Shown here in pieces: positions 36,218 through 45,668 of a stretch of DNA of 64,000 bases. Source of the stretch: Planctomycetota bacterium (GTDB taxonomy: Bacteria > Planctomycetota > B15-G4 > JADJEK01); NCBI GenBank assembly GCA_044225365.1, contig JBGAIQ010000010.1, positions 93,095 through 157,094 on the forward strand, written 5' to 3'. Positions within the stretch are counted from its first letter, which is position 1; each line of letters opens with the position of its first letter. The notes beneath the pieces were generated by a model. It was not told the origin of the DNA and did not search any database. It worked only from the letters and a program-made list of their open reading frames with translations. The translations under genes and the position numbers were made by a program.

Positions 36218-38602
36218 ATGCGACCCACACTCTCGCTCGCGCTCACCCTCCTTCCTCTCACTTCACTCGCGTTCGCCCAGGGCCGCCGCTCGGACTTCGA
36301 ACGCTCCGCGTCGCTCGACGAGCGCACGCGCGATCTCGTGACCCGCGACAACGTCCATCCCCATTGGATCCCGGCGACGAGCGTCCTGTGGTATCGCGTC
36401 GACACGGGGAAGGGCACGCACGAATTCGTGCTCGTCGATTCGGAGCATGGTTCGCGACGTGTGTTCGCCGAGCAGAAGGACTTGATCGCCGCCCTGCGCG
36501 CCGCGGGCGCGGATCCGACGTCGGACTCGACGATCGGCGCCATGCATCCTTCCACCGTGCGCCGCAGCCGCCGCGGGGGCGAGCCCGTCACGATCGAGTT
36601 CGTCAATTCGCGAACGGATCGCGTCGTCCTGTATTGGCTCGACGAAAGGGGCAATCGAGTCGAATACGCGCACCTTCCGCCGGCCGGTCGTTTCGGCCAA
36701 CACACCTTCTGCCGCCATGCGTGGGTCGCCACGACGGAGACAGGCGATCCGATCGCGGCCTTCGCGATCCCTGATTCCACGAGCGACGGCGCGGTAGCGA
36801 CGATCCCAAACACCACGCCGGAAGCCCCGCCCGACGCCGGACCGAAGGCCACGCCGCGCTCGGTCGCGCCCGATCATCGGTTGGAGGCCGCGATCGAAGG
36901 ACATCAGGTCGTCCTCGTCGACACCGCATCGAAGGCGCGGCGCACGATCACGCAGGATGGAACGGAGAGCGATTCGTTCACCGGCGACTTCGAGTGGGCG
37001 CCCGACTCCGCGCATCTGATCGCGTGGCGTCTTCATCCGGGCGAACATCGCCAAGTGACGATCGTCGAATCCTCACCGCGCGATCAGACCCAGCCGAAGG
37101 TCGAATCGTTCCGCTACGACAAGCCGGGCGATCGCCTCGATCAACGCACCCCGTACCTGATCACCGTCGCGACCTCCGAGGCCCGGCCGCTGTACTCGCC
37201 AAAGGAGGTTGAGGGCGCGTTCGACATCGACTTCGTCCGTTGGACCGCCGACGGCTCACGTGCGGTCTTCCGTTACAACCAGCGGGGGCACCAGCTGCTC
37301 GCGCTCGATGCTTTCGGGGGCGACGCGCAACGCACTCGCCTCGCCGAAGAGCGAAGCGATACCTTCGTCGATTACTCGCAGAAGACCTGGTTCCAGTTCA
37401 TCGATTCATCGCATGAACTGATCTGGATGTCGGAGCGTAGTGGTTGGAATCACCTCTACCTCGTCGACGCGAACGACGGTCGCGTGAAGAACGCCATCAC
37501 CGCAGGCGAATTCGTCGTCCATCGCGTCCTCGAGTTCGATGAATCGCGGCGTGAGATCTGGCTCCTCGCGCGCGGGATCACGCCGGGCGAGGACCCCTAT
37601 CACGACCATCTCTGCCGCGTGAACTTCGACGGGTCGGGCTTCACGAAGCTGACCGAAGGAGATGGCACCCATACGATCGAGTTCTCCCCCGACCATCGGT
37701 TCTTCGTCGATCGCTGGTCGCGCGTCGATCTCCCGCCCGTCTCCGAACTGCGCGATGCCCGCAGCGGCAAGCTCGTCACCCCACTCGAGAAGGCCGACGC
37801 CTCGCGTTTGCTCGCAGCCGGGTGGACACTTCCCGAACGGTTCACGGCGAAGGGCCGCGACGGAGCGACCGACATCTGTGGCTTCCTCATCAAGCCCTCG
37901 AACTTCGATCCCAAGAAGAAGTACCCCGTCGTCGACGACATCTACTCGGGCCCCCACGACGCGCACGTCCCGAAAACGTTCGACCGACTGCTGTATCCCC
38001 ATCAGTTGGCAGAGCTCGGCTTCATCGTGGTGCAGATCGACGGCATGGGGACCAACTGGCGGTCGAAGGCCTTCCACGACGTCTGCTGGCGCAACCTGAA
38101 GGACGCGGGGATCCCCGACCACATCGCGTGGCTGAAGGCCAAGGCCGCGATCGATCCCTCGCTCGACCTCACCAATGTGGGAATCTTCGGCGTATCGGCG
38201 GGCGGGCAGAACGCACTCGCTGCCCTGCTCCATCATGGTGACTTCTATCGGGTGGGAATCGCCGACTGCGGTTGCCACGACAACCGGATGGACAAGGTGT
38301 GGTGGAACGAGGCCTGGATGGGGTACCCGATCGGCCCCTGGTACGCCGAGAACTCGAATGTCGTCAACGCCCCGAAATTGACGGGCGACCTCTTCCTCAT
38401 CGTGGGCGAGATGGACCACAACGTCGATCCCGCCTCCACTATGCAGGTCGTCGACGCTTTGATCCGTGCGAACAAGGACTTCGATCTGCTCGTCGTCCCG
38501 GGCGCCGACCACGGTGCGGGGGAATCCCCCTATGGACGGCGCCGTCAGGCGGATTTCCTGGTACGCCATCTGTGGCACGTCGAGCCGCGGGCAACGGACT
38601 GA
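36218..38602 (+). CDS. S9B/DPP IV-like peptidase with inserted VHL beta-domain
   Basis: Signal peptide; DPPIV_N-type SERSGWNHLYL; KKYPVVDDIYSGP, GVSAGG, DHNVD, GADHG; VHL-like segment near 36580-36770. Confidence 0.9.
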   Translation: MRPTLSLALTLLPLTSLAFAQGRRSDFERSASLDERTRDLVTRDNVHPHWIPATSVLWYRVDTGKGTHEFVLVDSEHGSRRVFAEQKDLIAALRAAGADPTSDSTIGAMHPSTVRRSRRGGEPVTIEFVNSRTDRVVLYWLDERGNRVEYAHLPPAGRFGQHTFCRHAWVATTETGDPIAAFAIPDSTSDGAVATIPNTTPEAPPDAGPKATPRSVAPDHRLEAAIEGHQVVLVDTASKARRTITQDGTESDSFTGDFEWAPDSAHLIAWRLHPGEHRQVTIVESSPRDQTQPKVESFRYDKPGDRLDQRTPYLITVATSEARPLYSPKEVEGAFDIDFVRWTADGSRAVFRYNQRGHQLLALDAFGGDAQRTRLAEERSDTFVDYSQKTWFQFIDSSHELIWMSERSGWNHLYLVDANDGRVKNAITAGEFVVHRVLEFDESRREIWLLARGITPGEDPYHDHLCRVNFDGSGFTKLTEGDGTHTIEFSPDHRFFVDRWSRVDLPPVSELRDARSGKLVTPLEKADASRLLAAGWTLPERFTAKGRDGATDICGFLIKPSNFDPKKKYPVVDDIYSGPHDAHVPKTFDRLLYPHQLAELGFIVVQIDGMGTNWRSKAFHDVCWRNLKDAGIPDHIAWLKAKAAIDPSLDLTNVGIFGVSAGGQNALAALLHHGDFYRVGIADCGCHDNRMDKVWWNEAWMGYPIGPWYAENSNVVNAPKLTGDLFLIVGEMDHNVDPASTMQVVDALIRANKDFDLLVVPGADHGAGESPYGRRRQADFLVRHLWHVEPRATD

Positions 38603-38911
38603 ATCACGCGAAAACGCCGCACGAGCGCAACGAACTTGCCCCGCGGGCGGATCGAATCGTCGGAAATCGGGACTCGACCCGGCGTTTCGAATCGAACGCC
38701 ACCCTGATCGAACCGGTGGATTCGACCCCCGACTTCCTTTACACTCTGACCCTGTGTATCGAACGACCGGAGTTTTCAGCCTCGCGAGTCCGGGTGAACG
38801 CCTGGTCCTCGCGAGAAGTCTTTATCGGACCCGGCTCTTTCGAATCGAACGGTTCATGGCGAGAACCGCGCGCCCGATCGCACGACTCGCCGAGGCAATT
38901 CCGAGCAGACC

Positions 38912-41080
38912 ATGACGCAAGTGCTCCAACCACTCGTTCGACTCGCACTCGACGGTAACTTCAAGGCTCTCGAAGAAGCGTGGATGCAGGCGGTCAGCGC
39001 CGGCGAGCGCGAGTTCGAGCACTACTTCGAAGCCGCGGACCGCACCGTGGCATCGGGTCGCGGCGACGTCGCGGGTCCGCTCCTCGGCATGCTGCTGGAG
39101 TCGATCGCCCGCGATACCGTCGACGATCACGTCTTGTCGTTCGCCGAACGTTGCGTGCTCCTGTGCATCGCGGACAAGTCGGTGCGCACGCACGCCGCCG
39201 CGATCCACAAGAAGGGCGGACGACCGGAGCTTCCCGCGCTCGTCGCACCGCTCGACGGCAGCAACAGCGACGGCATGCGCGACCGCGTCGCGAAGTGTCT
39301 GCGGTTGAAGCCGGGCGTGTTCGTGTCGGGCACCGTCCGGATCGGCCCCGAGCGTGTGACGCGCTTCGACACCGACGCACTGATCTTCGCGCTCACCGAT
39401 GGCGAGTCCGAGCGACACGTCACGCCGGAACAGGCCGCCAGCGAACTCACGCTGCTCGCGCACGACGACTTCCGCGCGCTGCTCCGGTTCGAAGTGAATC
39501 GACTGATCGAGCTCGCGGACAAGGATCCGTCGACGCTCGTCGTCTCTGCGCTGAAGGCGCACAAGAATCGCCTCGAGTGGCAAGCGCTCAAGAAGCTGCT
39601 CGCGCGCGGCGTCGTCGATCCGACCTCGTTCGCACGCTGGTGGAACAAGGCGCGCGGCCTCGTCGAGCGCAACCCGATGATCCAGGTCTACGGCGATCGC
39701 CAGCCGATCCTGATCCTGCGCACCCGTCCGATCACGCACGAAGAAGAACTCTCCGCGAAGCTGAAGACCACGAAGACCGAACTCGAGAAGTTCGACGTCG
39801 TGCTCGACTACCTGCAATCCCTCACGCAGGGCCACGCCGCGGATGCCGAGTTCCTCTCGCAGCTCGCGGACATGCTGATCGACATCGCCGAAGCGCCGAC
39901 GACCAAGGCTTCGCTCGCGATCACCGCGGCGTCGATCCTCGACGACGTGAAGAAGCTCGTTCCGACGCACACGCGCGCCGTCGACCTCGAAGCGCTCGCG
40001 ACTCGCACGCAGGACATCGCGGAGATCGCGACGCAGCTCGAGTCGGAGGATCTCTGTCGCCGCGTGCTCGAGTTCATCCGCGCGCGCATGCCCGACCGCT
40101 GGGCGCAGATCTACGCGAAGGCGCTGCCGACGGCGCCCGGTCGCCTCACGGACATGATCGCGAAGGAGTTGCTCTCCGCCGGCAAGGGCGAGGAGCTGGC
40201 GAGCGCCATCTCGGCGATCCTTGCGTCGCCCGACCGCTTCGGTGAAGGCCTGCTCTGGTTGTGGAAGGCCGCGACGAGCGACCAGCTCGCGAAGGCGCCG
40301 TGCCGCATCGACAAGGTCGCGATCACCCTCGCGGTCATCCGCACGATGAATCGCTGGGCTCGCGGCGCTCGCTCGCACGTGTCGGCGGCGCAAAAGGCGC
40401 TCGGCACGCGCATGCGCAACGCCGTCGTCGCCTCGAACTACAAAGTCGTCCTCGGGGTCTTCGAGACCGTCGACGATTCGCAAGCGGTTCAGCTCTTCCA
40501 AGCGCTCAAGGACAACCTGGGCTTCACGGACGCACAGCGCCACAAGCTCTCGGAGGAGCTGAAGCACGATCACAAGGACGCGATCATGGGCAAGAAGGAG
40601 TTGTGGGAGGAAGACGTCCTCTACACGACTCCGCGTGGCCTGCGTCAGCGCGAGGACGAGTTCAACAAGATCGTGAACAACGAGATGGTGAAGAACTCGG
40701 CCGCGATCGGCGAAGCCGCCGGTTTCGGCGACCTCTCCGAGAACGCCGAATTCACAGCCGCTCTCGAGCGTCGTGACTTCCTGGCCGCGCGCGCGAACGA
40801 GATCGGCGACGAATTGAAGAAGGCGATGCCGATCCCGGAAGACGTGAAGACCGATCGCGTGAACATCGGCACTCGCATCCGCGTGAAGAACCTGGCGTCG
40901 GGCGTCGAAGAGAATTTCACCTTCCTCGGGCCGTGGGACGCCAACCTCGAGAAGGCGATCTACTCCTATCTCGCGCCGTTCGCGCGAGTGTTCCTCGGCA
41001 AGAAGATCGGCGACGAGGTCGAGGACGGCGAGAAGCGCTACCAGATCCTCTCGATCGAGCGCGCCGAGATCACTCCCTGA
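38912..41080 (+). CDS. greA: GreA/GreB family transcription elongation factor with ~560-aa N-terminal extension
   Basis: C-terminal TTPRGL..AIGEAAGFGDLSENAEFTAA..VNIGTRI..FLGPWDA..SYLAPFARVFLGKKIGD; SFARWWNKAR in the extension. Confidence 0.85.
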   Translation: MTQVLQPLVRLALDGNFKALEEAWMQAVSAGEREFEHYFEAADRTVASGRGDVAGPLLGMLLESIARDTVDDHVLSFAERCVLLCIADKSVRTHAAAIHKKGGRPELPALVAPLDGSNSDGMRDRVAKCLRLKPGVFVSGTVRIGPERVTRFDTDALIFALTDGESERHVTPEQAASELTLLAHDDFRALLRFEVNRLIELADKDPSTLVVSALKAHKNRLEWQALKKLLARGVVDPTSFARWWNKARGLVERNPMIQVYGDRQPILILRTRPITHEEELSAKLKTTKTELEKFDVVLDYLQSLTQGHAADAEFLSQLADMLIDIAEAPTTKASLAITAASILDDVKKLVPTHTRAVDLEALATRTQDIAEIATQLESEDLCRRVLEFIRARMPDRWAQIYAKALPTAPGRLTDMIAKELLSAGKGEELASAISAILASPDRFGEGLLWLWKAATSDQLAKAPCRIDKVAITLAVIRTMNRWARGARSHVSAAQKALGTRMRNAVVASNYKVVLGVFETVDDSQAVQLFQALKDNLGFTDAQRHKLSEELKHDHKDAIMGKKELWEEDVLYTTPRGLRQREDEFNKIVNNEMVKNSAAIGEAAGFGDLSENAEFTAALERRDFLAARANEIGDELKKAMPIPEDVKTDRVNIGTRIRVKNLASGVEENFTFLGPWDANLEKAIYSYLAPFARVFLGKKIGDEVEDGEKRYQILSIERAEITP

Positions 41081-41165
41081 CGAACTCAGATTCGATGCGC
41101 GTCGATGAATCCGACGTTGCGCGCCGTAGCCTTCCGCATCTCGCGTGCGGCACAGGGCGGCGCTC

Positions 41166-42602
41166 ATGACGTCGCCGCTCGATCTCAGTCCGCATGAGTT
41201 TCGGCTCGTTGCGAGCGCGTTCGCCGAGATCATGGCGGGCTACCTCGAGGAACTCGGCAATCGCAGGGTCTGCGGCGCCACGAGCCCGCAGGAACTCATC
41301 GCCGCGTTCGACGAGGCGCTCCCACGCCAAGGCAAGGGCCTCGAAGCGCTGCTGACGCAACTGCGCGAACGGGTGCTGCCCGAGAGCATGGGCATCGGTT
41401 CGCCTCGTTACTTCGGACAGTTCAATCCGTCGCCGATCCCGCTCGCCGCGCTCTGCGAGATCATCGTCTCGGTGCTGAATCAGAACGCGGGCTCGTTCCT
41501 GCAGAGCCCCGTGATGACCGCGCTCGAGCATCGCGTCATCCAATGGCTGCTCGAACGCGCAGGGTTCTCGAAGAGCGCGCACGGCACGTTCACGAGCGGC
41601 GGCACCGCCGCGAACATGACGGCGCTCAAGATCGCGCGCGATCGCGCGTTTCCCGAAGCGCGGGAGGAAGGTGCGTCGGCTCTGCCGCGCGTGCGCATCT
41701 ACGCATCCGATCAAGTGCACTTCTCGATGCCGCGCTCACTCGACTTCCTCGGGCTCGGAAGGAACTCGCTCGCGCGGATCGCGAGCGATTCGAACTTCCG
41801 CATGCGCGGCGATCTCCTCCGCGAGGCGATCGAGCAGGACAGGAAGGACGGCATCGTGCCGCTCGCGATCGTCGCGACGGCCGGCACGACGCCGACCGGC
41901 AGCCTCGACCCACTTCCCGTCATCGCAAACCTCGCCGCCGAGTATCGAATCCATCTCCACGTCGATGCCGCGTATGGCGGCGCGGCGCTGCTCTCCGATC
42001 GTTTGAAACCGCGCCTGCTCGGGATCGAGCGCGCCGACACGATCACGATCGACCCGCACAAGTGGATGATGATGCCGAACGAAGCCGGCTGCCTCCTGGT
42101 GCGCGACAAGGCGCTGCTCCTCGGTTCGTTCAACGAGCAACCTCACTACCTCGCCGACAGCGCCGATCGCCATGCGATCCTTCCCGACTACTATCGCCAC
42201 GGCATGCAGGGCAGCCGGCATCCGCGCTCGTTCAAGCTGTGGGCGACGCTCCAGGTTCTCGGCCTCGATCCGATCGCCGCCGCGCTCGAGCGGCACGTCG
42301 AACTCGTGCAGGTTCTTCGCGAACGGGTGAAGCGCCTCCCCGAATTCGAACTCTGCCACGACGCGGACTTCGCACTGCAGTGCTTCCGCTACGCCCCGAA
42401 GGGCAAGACCCTCGAACAACAGGACGAAGCAAACCGCCAGATCCAACGCGCGGTCGAGAGCTCGGGCGAGGCGTGGTTCGCCACGACCGTGCTGCGCGGC
42501 CGCAAGGTCCTCCGCATCAACATCGAGTCGTTCCGCACGACGGAAGCCGACATCGATCGACTGCTCGCGGCCATTCAGGCCGCTGCGTCACCTACGACCT
42601 GA
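41166..42602 (+). CDS. Group II PLP-dependent amino acid decarboxylase
   Basis: SPRYFG, GTFTSGGTAAN, HFS, ATAGTTPTGSLD, HVDAAYGG, DPHKW (PLP lysine). Confidence 0.92.
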   Translation: MTSPLDLSPHEFRLVASAFAEIMAGYLEELGNRRVCGATSPQELIAAFDEALPRQGKGLEALLTQLRERVLPESMGIGSPRYFGQFNPSPIPLAALCEIIVSVLNQNAGSFLQSPVMTALEHRVIQWLLERAGFSKSAHGTFTSGGTAANMTALKIARDRAFPEAREEGASALPRVRIYASDQVHFSMPRSLDFLGLGRNSLARIASDSNFRMRGDLLREAIEQDRKDGIVPLAIVATAGTTPTGSLDPLPVIANLAAEYRIHLHVDAAYGGAALLSDRLKPRLLGIERADTITIDPHKWMMMPNEAGCLLVRDKALLLGSFNEQPHYLADSADRHAILPDYYRHGMQGSRHPRSFKLWATLQVLGLDPIAAALERHVELVQVLRERVKRLPEFELCHDADFALQCFRYAPKGKTLEQQDEANRQIQRAVESSGEAWFATTVLRGRKVLRINIESFRTTEADIDRLLAAIQAAASPTT

Positions 42603-42623
42603 GGGCGATCGGCCCAACGATGC

Positions 42624-42648
42624 GGGCGCACAAACCGTGCGCTCCTAC
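42624..42648 (-). repeat. GTAG-type REP
   Basis: Minus strand GTAGGAGCGCACGGTTTGTGCGCCC; near-identical to copies at 19197 and 45344. Confidence 0.8.
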
Positions 42649-43922
42649 GGCATCAGGATGTCGACGGGATCCTGGTCTGCCATCTTCACGGCGAGTTCGC
42701 GGCTCCCCGTAGCGCCGGAAGACTCCGCGAGCAGGACGAGGTACTGCACGCCAAGCCACTTCACCTCGAGTTCGAAGCGGCCTTCTGCGTCCGTCACGGC
42801 GAACGACTCCGCGAAGTTCTGCAAGTCCTCGTCGGGGTCGTTCTCCGCCGCCGACTTCCCCGAAACCGCACAGACCTTTCGATGGGCGATCGGAGCGCCA
42901 TCCCGCGTGCGAATGCGCCCGCGGATCGATCCATGCGTCGAGATCTCGATTCGACACGGAACCTCGACGCCGCCCTCGACTCGGAGCGAGGTGCTCGTTT
43001 CTGGCCAGTTCGGCAAGAAAGGGATCCCCGAACTCTCTGGGATCGTGACGCGGACCGACCCGGGTTCGACCTGTGAGATTTCGAATCCCCCGTCGGCATC
43101 GGAGTACACGCGGCCAGAGAGTCTTGCCCCCTGCCAACGAACTTCCGTGCTGCATCCGATCCCGTTGACGGTGACGCGGCCCACGATCTTCTCGAAAGCT
43201 TCGGGGTACACCGCTTCGACTCGCATCAGATCGCGTGCGCGGAAATCCTCGAGTGCGATCGCGTGGCGAAGCATCGCTCCATCGCGGCGCTCGAACTCGA
43301 GCGCTCTTGCGTAGAGCGGATCAGCATCGCGAATCTCGAAGCGTCCGGCTGTATCGGTCATCGCCTCGAGATCCGTCGAGACTGGCGTCGCCGAGCCCGA
43401 GATCGGGAACGACCCGGAGGAAAACGGGATCGATTCCTCGCGCGCGAACACCCGGCCGCCCCTCGCAAACGGGGCGCGAACGCGCACGTTCGCCATGGGA
43501 GCCCCGCGCGCATCCAGGACCGTGCCCTCGATCCGCAACGCGTTGGGCACGACGAGGGCGACGTCGCCGACCTCCCTCCAGCGCGCGACCTCGACACGCA
43601 AGAACGATCCTTCCACGTGAGACGGCGACGCGGCGACGAAGAGCCAACGGTCGAAGTCGCCGGCGGAATGACGAATCTCGAACGTGCCATCGAACGCAGT
43701 GCCCGATCGCGCGACGCGGTCGCCGAGGAAGCGACAGAGATCGACGAAGACGTTGGGAACCGGGTCACCGTTTTCATCGACGACGCGACCGTGGATCACG
43801 ATTTCGTCGCCGGCCGCGCGAGAGTCCGTGACGGCCAACGGCCCGATCGAGGATTGCGCGCAGCCCACCGCCACGCACGAGCCGAGCACGATCGCGAGCA
43901 AGTTGATTCCGCTCGACACCAT
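42645..43922 (-). CDS. Carboxypeptidase-regulatory-like (prealbumin/Cna-B) repeat lipoprotein, paralog 1
   Basis: Lipobox-like AVGC; repeats GRVVDENGDPV, GTVLDARGAPM, TDTAGRFEI, GRVTVNG, KWL. Confidence 0.75.
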   Translation of the reverse strand: MVSSGINLLAIVLGSCVAVGCAQSSIGPLAVTDSRAAGDEIVIHGRVVDENGDPVPNVFVDLCRFLGDRVARSGTAFDGTFEIRHSAGDFDRWLFVAASPSHVEGSFLRVEVARWREVGDVALVVPNALRIEGTVLDARGAPMANVRVRAPFARGGRVFAREESIPFSSGSFPISGSATPVSTDLEAMTDTAGRFEIRDADPLYARALEFERRDGAMLRHAIALEDFRARDLMRVEAVYPEAFEKIVGRVTVNGIGCSTEVRWQGARLSGRVYSDADGGFEISQVEPGSVRVTIPESSGIPFLPNWPETSTSLRVEGGVEVPCRIEISTHGSIRGRIRTRDGAPIAHRKVCAVSGKSAAENDPDEDLQNFAESFAVTDAEGRFELEVKWLGVQYLVLLAESSGATGSRELAVKMADQDPVDILMP

Positions 43923-45179
43923 TCAAGTCCCCTTCGCCGACTCGCGCATCGCGACCAGTTCGAGATCGGTCATGCCCGCTCGAACGACGAAGCGCGGATG
44001 GAGATACCCCGGCTCGGCGACACATACGATGTAGTCGGTCGCGAGCCACTTCACCGGGATCTTGAATCGGCCCCGTTCGTCCGTGAGAACACTTGCCTCG
44101 ACGTGAGAGAACAGAGTCGGATCGTCCCACGAGCTGGGGGACTCGTCGTACGCGTTACTTCCGGGGATGGGCACCGCGATGATCCGAATGCCCTGGATCT
44201 TCGCGCCCCGCATGGCAAACAGTCCACCCTCGATCTCGCCATGCGTTGCCAGCGCGAAGTCGTGTTCCACCCGCTCGTCGTTATGAACCTGGACGACTGC
44301 CGAGTCCTCGGGGAAGCCGGGAAGCGACACGTCGTCCGCCTCGGTCCCCGTGAGAGCGAGACCCTCCGGGATCGCGTGGCGAGGCGTCAGTTCGACTCGC
44401 CCTGCTTCGACTCCTTCGATGCGAACCCACCCTTCCTTCGACGCGCGCACGATTCCGCGCATCGATTCGCCTCGCCACTCGATGAAGGCGGGGATCGGGA
44501 CGTCGTTCAGAGTCACCTTGCCGACGATCGTGCCGACGGCCTCGGGAAGTCGGATCTCGACGATCCAGTCGCGTTCCTTCGTGGGCGGACTCCCGAGCTC
44601 TGCATGGAAGACCCAATTCCGCTCGGTACGGATCGTCGCCGTCGAGTCGAGAGTCTTCTTCACGTTCGAGAAATCGAATCGCCCGCTCGCGTCGGTCCTC
44701 GTCGCGAGTTCGGGCCCGAGCGCCGACGGAACCCAAACGTTGTGGGCGTATCCAGAGGGGATGACGACGTGTGCGTTCGCGGTGGGAGCGCCGCCGTGAT
44801 CGAGGACTCGCCCGGAGAGCCGCAGGGAACGCTCGACCTCGAGCCGAATGTCGCCGGTCGAATCGATGTTCGCGGCGAGCACGTCCTGGAACCCGCCCTT
44901 GCGAAACCATGGCGATGCCGCCACGGTGAACTTGCGCGACAGGCTTCGATCGACTCCGGCGAAGACGAACTCGCCATCTCGCAACGTCACCGTGCTCGCA
45001 ACGACCCGGTTCGTGTCGTCGAACAACTTCACGATCGCGTTCGATTTCGCCCATCCGTCTTCGTCGACGACGTGCCCCCACAATGTGCCGCTCGGACGCT
45101 CTTCGGGCGATCCCGAACACGCGAGGAAGACGAGCGACGGCGCCACTGCGAGCACGATCGCGATTTGCCATGGTCTCAT
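43923..45179 (-). CDS. Carboxypeptidase-regulatory-like repeat lipoprotein, paralog 2
   Basis: MRPWQIAIVLAVAPSLVFLAC lipobox; GHVVDEDG, GRVLDHGGAP, TDASGRFDF, GKVTLND, KWL. Confidence 0.78.
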   Translation of the reverse strand: MRPWQIAIVLAVAPSLVFLACSGSPEERPSGTLWGHVVDEDGWAKSNAIVKLFDDTNRVVASTVTLRDGEFVFAGVDRSLSRKFTVAASPWFRKGGFQDVLAANIDSTGDIRLEVERSLRLSGRVLDHGGAPTANAHVVIPSGYAHNVWVPSALGPELATRTDASGRFDFSNVKKTLDSTATIRTERNWVFHAELGSPPTKERDWIVEIRLPEAVGTIVGKVTLNDVPIPAFIEWRGESMRGIVRASKEGWVRIEGVEAGRVELTPRHAIPEGLALTGTEADDVSLPGFPEDSAVVQVHNDERVEHDFALATHGEIEGGLFAMRGAKIQGIRIIAVPIPGSNAYDESPSSWDDPTLFSHVEASVLTDERGRFKIPVKWLATDYIVCVAEPGYLHPRFVVRAGMTDLELVAMRESAKGT

Positions 45180-45298
45180 CGACGCTCTCCCACCCGTGAA
45201 TCGACCTGCATCGTCCGGTCCACGCGGGGTTGCGTCAAGCAAGCGATGTGTAACGACCGCCGCGCATCGCGGTTCCCGAACCCGCGTCGAATCCCAAC

Positions 45299-45368
45299 GT
45301 AGGGGTCGACGGCTGTCGACCCGTCTTACACCCGAAGCGACTCGGGCGCACAAGCCGTGCGCCCCTAC
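45299..45368. repeat. Inverted pair of GTAG REPs (REPIN-like doublet)
   Basis: GTAGGGGTCGACGGCTGTCGACCC (45299-45322) and reverse-oriented GTAGGGGCGCACGGCTTGTGCGCCC (45344-45368). Confidence 0.85.
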
Positions 45369-45668
45369 GAATCGAAATCGAGCGCTGCCAGATCGTTCAC
45401 GGTCGCAGCGCGATCGATCCATGCATCGAGCTTCGCGCCATCCGAGACGGCCCCGACCCAGGCGATGAGAGCCGCCGGCGCGGTTCCAAATCTCGCCGTA
45501 TCAACCATCGCGGGTACCTCCGATGCGAACGGCGATTGCCGCTCGTGCGGAGATCACGAAGCGCTTCGCGTCGAAGATTTGGGACGAACCGCGCCCCATG
45601 GCCCGCAACTGCCGAACTGCTCGCGGCTACGGGGGTTTTTGTCCCTGCGCGGCAGCTGCCCGCCGCGA

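Noticed and set aside
36037-36852. N-terminal 270-aa extension of ORF 32143..36852
   Set aside because: Overlaps the divergent peptidase gene; the real start at 36036 has an RBS and signal-like sequence
45370-45668. RAYT transposase remnant beside the REP doublet
   Set aside because: No HUH (MPNHxH) or WQ..Y motif found in the frames examined
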